64,000 nt of DNA from Gemmatimonadota bacterium (GCA_052389275.1 JBQTID010000004.1:581-64580); one strand, 5' to 3'; numbered from the stretch's first letter, positions 25,448 through 33,631 are shown. The notes: generated from the sequence alone by a model not told the origin. Translations and numbers: made by a program.

Positions 25448-27391
25448 TCATCCTCCTGTGGGGGTGTTTTCGAGGAGCTGCCGTTGGTGCGTCGCGAGCT
25501 TGCGCGCCTCGGCGAGAATCGCGGTGAACTCTGGCATACCGCGCAAGTTGGCGAGCAAGGGGTCGTCCAGTGCGGCCGATGCGCGGGGACGGACCGTAGT
25601 CGCATCGCGACCGTAACCCAACGAACTCAACCCTGCTCCTCTAAGTGATTTCTTGAGCCACTCAGCGGCCGCGCGGTTGTCATTGCGCAACGCGTGAATC
25701 TGAGCCAACTGATAGCGCACATCCGCACGCCCATCCCCGCCTCGCACGCGCGCCATGTGCTCTTGTAGCACGCCGTCTAACAGCGAATCGGCTCGAGCCG
25801 TGACACCGCTCTTTTGCAGGACGTAGGCGTAGAAAATGGCGGCACGCTGTGAGCGCCAGGTATCGGCGGGTGCGCCGCGCCACGCTGCTTCGCATGCCGA
25901 GCGTGCTCTCTCGATTTCCGCCAGCCAGATCGCAGCGAGGCAGAAGATGCCGAGCGCGGACGTGTTCGCGCGGGCGAGTCCATCCAGGCGATCGAGGGTT
26001 TCTCGCGCGCGAGGCCGATCCCCACGTGCCGCGTGCAAATATACCAGGCCGGCGACTGCGTCAGGGTTGTCGGGTTGAAACTCGAGTGATGTCCTGAATG
26101 CCTGCTCTGCCTCATCGTCATAACCGAGCGTTGATAGGTAGCGGCCCAGCCACAGGTACTCCCGCGCATTGCGCGGATCCAGAAGCAGCGCCTTGCGCGA
26201 CCAGCGTACGGCATCGGCGAGTTCGCCCACGCCGGCGTAGCGACGCGACATGGCACCGGTTATCGCCGCAGACCCCGGATTCAAGCTCGCGGCCTTATAT
26301 TGCGCCTCGAACGCGCGTTGCTGCCATCCCTTCAACGCGTAAGCGAGCCCGAGCGCCATGTACGCTTCACCCAAATTTGCGTCGAGCCGCACCGCTCTTG
26401 CCGCAGCAACGCGCACCGAATCCACCCACGCCGCCGGTTGATCGAAATACAGGAATCCATTGCCGTAGGCGACGGCCAACCCCGCATGAGCGTCTGCATA
26501 CGTGGAATCGATGGCGATCGCGCGGCGGAATAGCTCGATCGCAGTAGCGTTATCGTCCTTGCGCACCGTGCCGATCAACTCGCGACCGCGGAGATAGTAG
26601 TCGTATGCGCTTACTGCAATGGCTCGTTCAGAGGTCAGTCGCGCGCGCTCACCCGCGGAAAGCCGCGCCTTCAGCGCTGCTACAATCTGATGCGCGATCT
26701 CGGTTTGGATTGCGAATACGTCCCGCAGCTCCCGATCGTAGGTCTCGGCCCAGAGATGCCGGTCCGTTTTGCTATCGATCAGCTGCGCATTTATCCGCAC
26801 CCGATCACCGACTCGCCGCACACTGCCTTCCAGAATCGTGGCGACGCCGAGTTCCTGCCCGATTACGCGCAAGCTCTTGACGTGAGTGCGGTACTGCATT
26901 GTGGACGTACGCGAGATTACTACCAGGTCGGATACTTTGGAGAGCTGCGTGATGATGTCTTCCGTGATGCCATCGCTGAAATACATGTCCGCGGTGTCGC
27001 GGCTCAGATTCTCGAACGGCAACACCGCAACCGAGCGCGGATCGACATCAGCAAGCGCGGCCGCCGGTCCATCGGCGCTGCCGGAGCGCTCCTCATCCGG
27101 GCCGACGAACGCAAGCACACCGCCGGCGATCACGAACAACGCAGCGAGCATCAGGATCTCCATACTCGTGACGCGCTGGCTGCCGCGCTCGCCGTGATAC
27201 CAGGCGAGGACGAGCGCGGCGAAGAAGCCGATGCCCACAATAACCGTGATGCTGCGTCGCATCTCGACGGGCCAGTCGAACTGCCCGCCGACTAGCTCCA
27301 GCACCTGTAGCGCGACCCAGGCACCGGCCAAATAGGCGAGAGCCCATTGCGCCAGTTTGCGCTCTTTCAGGCGTTGCAGCAGCGAGGACAT
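25448..27391 (-). CDS. membrane-anchored TolB_N-like domain / TPR-repeat protein (intact paralogue, 647 aa)
   Basis: MSSLLQRLKERKLAQWALAYLAGAWVALQVLELVGGQFDWP...AWYHGERGSQRV, then SVAVLPFENLSRDTADMYFSDGITEDIITQL...LEGSVRRVGDRVRINAQLIDSKTDRHLWAETYDRE, then a longer and divergent TPR region. Confidence 0.75.
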   Translation of the reverse strand: MSSLLQRLKERKLAQWALAYLAGAWVALQVLELVGGQFDWPVEMRRSITVIVGIGFFAALVLAWYHGERGSQRVTSMEILMLAALFVIAGGVLAFVGPDEERSGSADGPAAALADVDPRSVAVLPFENLSRDTADMYFSDGITEDIITQLSKVSDLVVISRTSTMQYRTHVKSLRVIGQELGVATILEGSVRRVGDRVRINAQLIDSKTDRHLWAETYDRELRDVFAIQTEIAHQIVAALKARLSAGERARLTSERAIAVSAYDYYLRGRELIGTVRKDDNATAIELFRRAIAIDSTYADAHAGLAVAYGNGFLYFDQPAAWVDSVRVAAARAVRLDANLGEAYMALGLAYALKGWQQRAFEAQYKAASLNPGSAAITGAMSRRYAGVGELADAVRWSRKALLLDPRNAREYLWLGRYLSTLGYDDEAEQAFRTSLEFQPDNPDAVAGLVYLHAARGDRPRARETLDRLDGLARANTSALGIFCLAAIWLAEIERARSACEAAWRGAPADTWRSQRAAIFYAYVLQKSGVTARADSLLDGVLQEHMARVRGGDGRADVRYQLAQIHALRNDNRAAAEWLKKSLRGAGLSSLGYGRDATTVRPRASAALDDPLLANLRGMPEFTAILAEARKLATHQRQLLENTPTGG

Positions 27392-27411
27392 GACCGCATC
27401 ACTCCGTCATC

Positions 27412-28494
27412 CTACCGGATCACATTGGCTGCACTGCGCAGGAGCGTCTCGGGCACTGTGATCCCGAGTGTGCGCGCCGTTTTCAAGTTCACCGTGTACA
27501 GGTACGGAACGGATTGTTCAACAGGGATGTCGCCGGGGCGTGCACCTTTGAGTACGCGATCGACCATTACCGCGGCTCGGCGCGACCAATACCTGAAATC
27601 CGGCATCCACGAAACCAGCACGCCCGCCTCGGCGGTTTCGCGATACGGTGACAGCACGGGAAGGCGGTGGCGCACCTGCAGCTCGGCAAGTCGCTGCGCC
27701 GGTTGGCGGAACATTCCGTGGTTCATGACGACGACCGCGCGCACGTGATTGCTCGCAAGCTTCGCAAAAGCACCTTCGAGGGCGACCGGACCGTGCACCT
27801 CCACGACCTCGAGTGGAACACCTAATTCAGCCGCGGCCTCCCGCGTCTGTCGCAGTACACCCACACCAGGCAAATAACCTGGGTTGATCAGAATGCCGAT
27901 AGGTCCATTTCCGCGACCAAGTTGACTCGCGAGTTCCAAGTTCTCGCGCGCCGCTTCTCGCCGCACGGTGATGCCGGTTGCGTTGCGGCCAGGCCGCTCG
28001 TAGCTGTCGATGAGACCTTCGGCGAGTGGCTCCTGCGACCAGAAGACGATCGGAATCGCGGGCGCTGCCTGCTGCGCCATGAGCGCTTCGGTGGAACCGC
28101 CGGCCACGATGAGATTCACTCGGGCATCGACCAGCTCGCGGGTAAGTCGTCGTAAATCATCTTCGACTTCGAGCACGGGGCGCAGCGCTCCATCACGGCG
28201 GGTTTCCGGCGTGCGTGCCTCGAAGATGATTTGCTCAGCTTCAAAATATCCCAGCTCATTCAGCGCGGTGCAGAATGTTTGAAAACGCGGTGAGCCGCGC
28301 GTAAGACTGCTTTCGCCCGTCAAGCTCGCGTAGAGTAACCCGATGCGAATCGGATCGATGCGCTGAGTAGTCTGCAATGCGTCATGCACCACGGTCTGGG
28401 CGACCGCGGGAACGGCGAACGCCAGCGCAACACCCAGCGTAGCCGTGGGCAGAAGTGCTCCACCCCATATGATGTAACATTTGCGCACGCGCAT
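27412..28494 (-). CDS. orphan ABC-transporter-type periplasmic binding protein (uncharacterised 'ABC_sub_bind'-like family)
   Basis: ORF 27412..28635. ATG at 28494 gives MRVRKCYIIWGGALLPTATLGVALAFAVPAVAQ (signal peptide) and shares one base with the upstream TGA. LIVAGGSTEALMAQQAAPAIPIVFWS...GRNATGIT is typical of this binding-protein family. No permease or ATPase gene nearby. Confidence 0.65.
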   Translation of the reverse strand: MRVRKCYIIWGGALLPTATLGVALAFAVPAVAQTVVHDALQTTQRIDPIRIGLLYASLTGESSLTRGSPRFQTFCTALNELGYFEAEQIIFEARTPETRRDGALRPVLEVEDDLRRLTRELVDARVNLIVAGGSTEALMAQQAAPAIPIVFWSQEPLAEGLIDSYERPGRNATGITVRREAARENLELASQLGRGNGPIGILINPGYLPGVGVLRQTREAAAELGVPLEVVEVHGPVALEGAFAKLASNHVRAVVVMNHGMFRQPAQRLAELQVRHRLPVLSPYRETAEAGVLVSWMPDFRYWSRRAAVMVDRVLKGARPGDIPVEQSVPYLYTVNLKTARTLGITVPETLLRSAANVIR

Positions 28495-29171
28495 CAGATT
28501 AGCCCCTCCCGCTGCGCGATGCGGCGCTGCTCGTCGACCATCACTTGCACACTCACCATGAGCTGCTGAAAGCGCGGCTGCCTGTTGAACCTGGAGAAAA
28601 TCGGCTCCGATTGCGCTTCGCGGTACGCGCGCCACCCTGCCTTAACAGCGCGATCGAGCCAGGCGTACGCTTCCGCATCGTTGCCGCGCACGGCCGCAAT
28701 CTGCGCGAGCCAGTAGCGTGGAATCCAGCGCTCGTCGCCGCGAGCGATGAAGCGTTCGGCCCACTCTTCTGCCTGCTCCAGCAAACGTGCAGCCGTGCTC
28801 TTATCAGCTTCGCTCATCAGTAGGTGCGCCAGATTGATCGTGGCCACCACCGGCATCGTCCCTTGCTCGCGCGCCCGCTCGAAGGAGCGCTTGGCCTGGG
28901 CGTAATTTCCTCCTAGCAGATACGCGCGTCCCAGCGTGCGGTGCGCGTTGCTAAAGGCCGGATCCAGCTCGACTGCGCGCTGTGCGTGTGCGAGCGCTTC
29001 AACCCGCCGGCCCTGCAGCTGAAGCAACTCGGCGAGTTCCTGGTGCGTCTGAATCTCATCCGGCTGCAGCTCGAGTGCGCGACGCAGCGCGGCTTCAGCC
29101 AGGCTGTCGGCATTCAGCATTCGATACCATCTAGCAGCTTCAAGCTCGACCAGAAATGCATGCTGAACCAC
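28494..29171 (-). CDS. TPR-repeat protein carrying the family C-terminal tail but no N-terminal anchor or TolB_N-like domain
   Basis: 225 aa with an uncertain GTG start. TPR-like ALELQPDEIQTHQELAELLQLQGRRVEALAHAQRAVELDPAFSNAHRTLGRAYLLGGNY. Tail EPIFSRFNRQPRFQQLM resembles DPMFDTVRNDPRFQRLL of the array paralogues. Its 5' end abuts an AT-rich patch and the tRNA-Leu fragment. Confidence 0.6.
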   Translation of the reverse strand: MVQHAFLVELEAARWYRMLNADSLAEAALRRALELQPDEIQTHQELAELLQLQGRRVEALAHAQRAVELDPAFSNAHRTLGRAYLLGGNYAQAKRSFERAREQGTMPVVATINLAHLLMSEADKSTAARLLEQAEEWAERFIARGDERWIPRYWLAQIAAVRGNDAEAYAWLDRAVKAGWRAYREAQSEPIFSRFNRQPRFQQLMVSVQVMVDEQRRIAQREGLI

Positions 29172-29244
29172 TCGAGGAAGCGCAGGTTGGTTCTGAACAA
29201 ATTAGACTGCTGTGGCCTAAATATCTATATTTCAATACAAAGGA

Positions 29245-29302
29245 GCCGGGGTGGCGGAATGACATACGCAGAGGACTTAAATCCTTGGCCCGCAAGGGCA
29301 TG
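29245..29302 (+). pseudogene. 5' fragment of tRNA-Leu(TAA) (acceptor 5' strand, D-arm, anticodon arm, variable arm) with a 1-nt deletion in the anticodon loop
   Basis: GCCGGGGTGGCGGAATGaCATACGCAGAGGACTTAAA-TCCTTGGCCCGCAAGGGCaTG aligns with 30184-30242. There are 2 substitutions and the loop is CTTAAA instead of CTTAAAA. Similarity is lost where the T-arm should begin. Confidence 0.7.
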
Positions 29303-29342
29303 CAAGTTTTCGCTCGAGCGTAACGGCGCGCGTTGACCGCGA

Positions 29343-30037
29343 TCAACGCCGCGTCAGCGTCCACGTGCCGGTCCCCGGATTGCACGACGGCGACAGCACC
29401 AACGCGTAATTGCCGTTGGCAGTCGCGCGCGTGACGCCGCTCGCCAGCGACGTGGTGATCTGCCCGCTCAAGTCGACGCGACATCCGGATGGAGCAGCGG
29501 GGATCGTCGCGCTAATGCTGCCGCTCGTTGCCACGGTTCCAGCAAAGTTTCGCTGGGACCCGGAAATCGGGGAAACCTCGCCTCGCACGGAACCGTTGTT
29601 GACCGTGAACGCGATCGGTCCGGTGAGCACTGCGCCGGATGATTGCTGGTCGGTCCAGGTGCCGCTGTAGTCGCCATCGTACTGACGCACGTCGGTCGCA
29701 GGATTGAACACGCCGATGACCATACGGTTTTGCGTCATGCTTATCGTGCAGGGATTCGCCGTCGCAGTCCCACAATCATCTCTCCAGCCGACGAGGACGG
29801 ATCCCTGAGCCGGCGTGGCGCTGATCGTGGCGGTAGTGCCGAGCAGGTGTGTTGGACCGGGTGGCGAGACGGCGAGTGTGCCGATGCCGGCTCCTACCGT
29901 CGCAAGCGTGATCGTAAAATGGGCCTGAACTCGACTTCCGGCTCGAGTTCATTCGTGTCCTCACATGCTGCTGCGAGCAGGCAAAGCAGAAGCCAGGCGG
30001 CACGCGGAACTGCGCGGCATCGCAGAAAAGACGGCAT
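29343..30037 (-). pseudogene. frameshifted lipoprotein with a divergent InlB B-repeat-like domain
   Basis: ATG at 30037 gives MPSFLRCRAVPRAAWLLLCLLAAAC (lipobox), and this frame stops at 29894. The body frame (open from 29948, in phase with track ORF 29343..29738) reads FTITLATVGAGIGTLAVSPPGPTHLLGTTATISATPAQGSVLVGWRDDCGTATANPCTISMTQNRMVIGVF. This implies a 1-nt indel between 29894 and 29948. Confidence 0.6.
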
Positions 30038-30145
30038 TATCTCCTCGAAAGCATGTGACGGGATGCTGCCAATATGCTGCAGCAGGGAACGCGGCCGGTA
30101 GCGCGTCGTGCGGCGCGAGGCTAAGTTGCGGCGCAGACGCCGGCT

Positions 30146-30174
30146 TTGTTAAACGGCGTAAGTTGTTGTAGATT
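30146..30174 (+). promoter_or_regulatory. candidate sigma70-type promoter of tRNA-Leu
   Basis: TTGTTA (30146-30151), 17-nt spacer, TAGATT (30169-30174). The tRNA 5' end at 30184 is 10 nt downstream. Confidence 0.35.
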
Positions 30175-30183
30175 TAAGGATTA

Positions 30184-30266
30184 GCCGGGGTGGCGGAATG
30201 GCATACGCAGAGGACTTAAAATCCTTGGCCCGCAAGGGCGTGTGGGTTCGACTCCCACCCTCGGCA
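30184..30266 (+). tRNA. tRNA-Leu, anticodon TAA
   Basis: Cloverleaf folded by hand. Acceptor GCCGGGG/CCTCGGC (one G-U) plus discriminator A. Anticodon stem GAGGA/TCCTT, loop CTTAAAA. Long variable arm. T-arm GTGGG-TTCGACT-CCCAC. No encoded CCA. Confidence 0.9.
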
Positions 30267-30282
30267 TAACCCGAACAATACG

Positions 30283-30627
30283 ATGACTCTCGTTCTGATC
30301 CTGCTCGCCCTTCCCGGCGTGTTGGCGGTGCTGCTGCGCCTGTCGATGGCGCTGCTGCGCGCCGGTCGCTATTCGGTCGAGCGCTACGTGGCGCATCAGA
30401 TCGTGGACCAGCGTGCAAGCCGCGGCGATCTGAGCGGAATGGCTGAAGCCGACAAGATTCGTGTGGTGGCCGCGCGCAAGCAGATGCGCTTTGTCGGCGA
30501 AGCACTAATGTGGGGTGTGCTGCTCGGGCTGCCGCTGCTTTTCCCGCCCGCGATCGTGTTGTATCCGTTCTACTCCATCTTCTGGCTGGTTCCGTGTGGC
30601 GCGAGCCGCAAACAGGCGGCGTCGTGA
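30283..30627 (+). CDS. hypothetical small membrane protein
   Basis: 114 aa with two hydrophobic segments. Its stop overlaps the rnz GTG start (GTGA). No family recognised. Confidence 0.4.
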   Translation: MTLVLILLALPGVLAVLLRLSMALLRAGRYSVERYVAHQIVDQRASRGDLSGMAEADKIRVVAARKQMRFVGEALMWGVLLGLPLLFPPAIVLYPFYSIFWLVPCGASRKQAAS

Positions 30628-31550
30628 TCCGCGTCATCTTCCTGGGCACCGCGGCCAGCCGGCCGACGGTCGGCCGAAACGTCACATCACTGATGATTGC
30701 ACGCGCAGGCGAATCTCTCATGTTCGACTGCGGCGAAGGCACGCAGCGACAGATGATGCGTTTTGGCACCGGGTTTACCGTCAATGACATTTTCTTCACG
30801 CACATGCACGCCGACCACTTTCTCGGTGTGATCGGCCTGCTACGCACGATGGGACTGCAGGGACGTGAGGATCCGATGCACCTGTGGGGGCCCGAGGGTG
30901 CCGGCGAGATCCTGCACGAGGCGGTGCATCTGGGCGTCGAACGCGTGCCATTCGAGATCGTCATACACGAGACCGCACCTGACACCGTCATCAATCGCGG
31001 CGATTATGACATTGTTGCATATCGCACGCACCACGGCATTCGTTCGCTCGGTTATGCACTGATCGAGCATGAGCGGCTTGGACGGTTTCATCCCGATCGC
31101 GCGCGCGAGCTGGGTGTGCCGGAGGGTCCGCTGTTCGGCAAGCTGCACCGCGGCGAGCCGATCGAACTGGACGGCCGCACGATTTCGGCCGACGATGTGG
31201 TTGGTCCGCCACGCGCCGGCCGCAGGATCGTGTATACCGGCGACTCGCGTCCGTGCAAGGCGACGCTCGAGATCGCGCGTAATGCCGATCTGCTGATTCA
31301 CGACGCGACGTTCGGCGAGGAGGAAGCCGAGCGCGCGGCTGTTACCGGCCATTCCACGGCGCGCGAAGCGGCCGAGGTCGCGAAGCAGGCAGGCGTTCTG
31401 AAGCTCGTGCTCACGCATCTTTCCTCACGTTATGCTGACGACCCACGCGGTCTCGAGCGCGAGGCGCGGCATGTGTTCCGCCAGACGGTGACGGCACACG
31501 ACGGCATGCACATTGAGGTTGCATTCAGGGATGCGGATGAAACAGACTGA
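30624..31550 (+). CDS. rnz: ribonuclease Z (MBL-fold tRNA 3' endonuclease)
   Basis: ORF 30510..31550. GTG at 30624 gives [25 protein letters not shown]...FDCGEGTQRQM...FFTHMHADHFLG (HxHxDH). Confidence 0.85.
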   Translation: MIRVIFLGTAASRPTVGRNVTSLMIARAGESLMFDCGEGTQRQMMRFGTGFTVNDIFFTHMHADHFLGVIGLLRTMGLQGREDPMHLWGPEGAGEILHEAVHLGVERVPFEIVIHETAPDTVINRGDYDIVAYRTHHGIRSLGYALIEHERLGRFHPDRARELGVPEGPLFGKLHRGEPIELDGRTISADDVVGPPRAGRRIVYTGDSRPCKATLEIARNADLLIHDATFGEEEAERAAVTGHSTAREAAEVAKQAGVLKLVLTHLSSRYADDPRGLEREARHVFRQTVTAHDGMHIEVAFRDADETD

Positions 31551-32811
31551 CGCTCTCGAGGTCATAGTGCCCGGCGACAAATCGATCTCGCATCGCGCGC
31601 TGATGCTCGCCGCACTGGCATCGGGCGAGAGCGCCATCCGGTCGATTCTCGACAGCGAGGACACGCGCTCGACAGCTCGTGTGCTGCGCGCGCTGGGCGC
31701 GGAAATTCCGGCGCTCTCGAACAACATCGTCATTACCGGCCGCGGTTTGCGCGGGCTGCGCGCCCCGTCGGATATACTGGATTGCGGCAACAGCGGCACC
31801 ACGGCCCGACTCATGATGGGCATCGTTGCCGGGCATCACTTCGCAGCGAGATTCGACGGCGATGCTTCGCTGCGCTCTCGGCCGATGCGGCGTGTGACCG
31901 GCCCGCTGACGCAGATGGGGGTGCGCGTGCGCGAGCTGGCGCAAGCGGACCGCCTGCCACTCGAAATCGAAGGTGGCAACCTGCGGGCGGCCGAAATTCT
32001 GAATGAGAAATCGAGCGCGCAAGTAAAAAGCGCGGTTTTGCTTGCGGCCCTGGTCGGCGGCGTGAGCGCGGCGGTGCGCGAGCCCGTACACTCGCGTGAT
32101 CACACCGAGCGAATGCTGAACGCGATGGGCGTCGAGCTGCGAACCGTCGTGGATCATGGCAGCATGCGCATCGAAATCGATCCGGTGGCTGAGCTCAGAC
32201 CGTTCGACATGGATATCCCGGCGGACTTCTCGTCCGCCGCCTTCTTTCTCGCGCGCGGACTCCTCGCCGCACCCGGCATCCGGATCGACAATGTCGGCGT
32301 CAATGCTACGCGCACCGGTTTTCTCGACGTCGTGCGCCGGATGGACGGCGTGATTCACGTCGAACACCGGCATGGCAGCGCAGGTGAACCGCTTGCCACG
32401 CTCAGAACGGAGCCGTCACGGCTGCGCGGCGCTCACATCGAAGCGCCCGAAATTCCGCATCTCGTAGATGAAGTGCCGATCCTGGCGGTGCTCGCGGCAT
32501 GCGCCGATGGCGAGACTCTCATTCACGGAGCCGGCGAGCTGCGTGTGAAAGAGACCGATCGCCTCAAAGCCATCGCCGACAACCTGCGCACGGTAGGTGT
32601 GGTTGTGGAGGAGCAATCTGATGGTCTCGCGATTCACGGCAGCGAGCGGCCCTTGAAGGGACGCATTGTCACGCACGGCGATCACCGCATTGCGATGGCA
32701 TTCGGGATTCTGGGCAGCATCGCCGGCAACGACATCACGGTAGACGACCGGGCGTGTGCCGCTGTAAGCTTCCCGACGTTCTGGGAGCAGCTGGAGAGAG
32801 TGTCTGCGTAA
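31537..32811 (+). CDS. aroA: 3-phosphoshikimate 1-carboxyvinyltransferase (EPSP synthase)
   Basis: ORF 31513..32811. PGDKSISHRALMLAALASGES, LDCGNSGTTARLMMG, VKETDRL, HGDHRIAMAF. Confidence 0.9.
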   Translation: MKQTDALEVIVPGDKSISHRALMLAALASGESAIRSILDSEDTRSTARVLRALGAEIPALSNNIVITGRGLRGLRAPSDILDCGNSGTTARLMMGIVAGHHFAARFDGDASLRSRPMRRVTGPLTQMGVRVRELAQADRLPLEIEGGNLRAAEILNEKSSAQVKSAVLLAALVGGVSAAVREPVHSRDHTERMLNAMGVELRTVVDHGSMRIEIDPVAELRPFDMDIPADFSSAAFFLARGLLAAPGIRIDNVGVNATRTGFLDVVRRMDGVIHVEHRHGSAGEPLATLRTEPSRLRGAHIEAPEIPHLVDEVPILAVLAACADGETLIHGAGELRVKETDRLKAIADNLRTVGVVVEEQSDGLAIHGSERPLKGRIVTHGDHRIAMAFGILGSIAGNDITVDDRACAAVSFPTFWEQLERVSA

Positions 32812-32814
32812 TTC

Positions 32815-33489
32815 ATGATCATTGCGATTGATGGGCCTGCGGGCTCGGGAAAAAGCTCGACGGCAAAGGCTGTGGCACGGCGGCTCGGCTTTCGCCATCT
32901 GGATTCGGGCGCATTTTACCGCGCGATCACATTTGCTGCGCTCGAGCAGGGCATCCCGGTGGAATCCTGGCCCGAACTCGCGGAATCGAAGCTGCACGAC
33001 CTGGATGTGCGAGCAGAGCCGGGCGAGAAAGGATTCGAGTTCTATAGCGGCGACCGCAACATCACGCACGAGATCAGATCTCCCGAAGTGAATGCGCATG
33101 TGTCGACAATGGCAGCGGTGCCGGCGGTTCGAGACTGGCTCATGGGTCAATTGCGAGACGCCGCTATGTCGTCCGATCTGGTAGCGGACGGCCGCGATAT
33201 TGGAACCGTCGTCTTTCCGAATGCGGCCGTGAAGGTCTTCCTCATCGCGCAGTCCGAGACACGAGCGAAGCGGCGGCTGGCGGAGCACGGCAACGAAAAC
33301 CCGACATACATCGACATCCAGAACGAAGTCGATCGCTTGGGCAAACGCGATCGCATGGATTCGCAACGCGCGACCGCTCCGCTGAAACAGGCGCCTGACG
33401 CGGTCGTCATCGACACGACTGCTTTGGATTTTGATGAACAGGTGGAGAAGATCGTGTCGCTTGCGGAGACCAGGAGAACGCAGAGTTAA
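32815..33489 (+). CDS. cmk: cytidylate kinase
   Basis: IIAIDGPAGSGKSSTAKAVARRLGFRHLDSGAFYRA, typical of Cmk. Confidence 0.9.
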   Translation: MIIAIDGPAGSGKSSTAKAVARRLGFRHLDSGAFYRAITFAALEQGIPVESWPELAESKLHDLDVRAEPGEKGFEFYSGDRNITHEIRSPEVNAHVSTMAAVPAVRDWLMGQLRDAAMSSDLVADGRDIGTVVFPNAAVKVFLIAQSETRAKRRLAEHGNENPTYIDIQNEVDRLGKRDRMDSQRATAPLKQAPDAVVIDTTALDFDEQVEKIVSLAETRRTQS

Positions 33490-33521
33490 GTCATTTCACC
33501 GTGGAGCCCATACATCGGTAA

Positions 33522-33631
33522 GCGGGCCAGGGCTGGGGATAATGGGAGTGGGTGGGAGCAAGTCGGGGCTGCGTCGCGCACCACTCCCGCTTCGTTCCCA
33601 CCCATTATCCCACTCCCAAGCCCCAGCCCGC
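33522..33631. repeat. 110-nt imperfect palindrome (G/T-rich arm and C/A-rich arm) between cmk and rpsA
   Basis: GCGGGC-CAGGGCTGGGG-ATAATGGG-AGTGGG-TGGGA...TCCCA-CCCATTAT-CCCACT-CCCAAGCCCCAG-CCCGC. The outer and inner blocks are complementary, and two internal blocks are in swapped order. Confidence 0.7.

Noticed and set aside
29894-29948. Programmed -1 ribosomal frameshifting in the lipoprotein gene.
   Set aside because: There is no X XXY YYZ slippery heptamer and no obvious downstream stimulatory structure in the 54-nt frame overlap. An indel (mutation or sequencing error) is the simpler explanation.
18041-30183. Considered calling the whole accessory segment a tRNA-linked genomic island or prophage remnant.
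   Set aside because: There is no integrase, transposase, phage or conjugation gene, and no direct repeat of the tRNA at the left boundary (18041-18130). Only a local tRNA 5' fragment is present. It is reported as a variable/decaying region rather than a defined mobile element.
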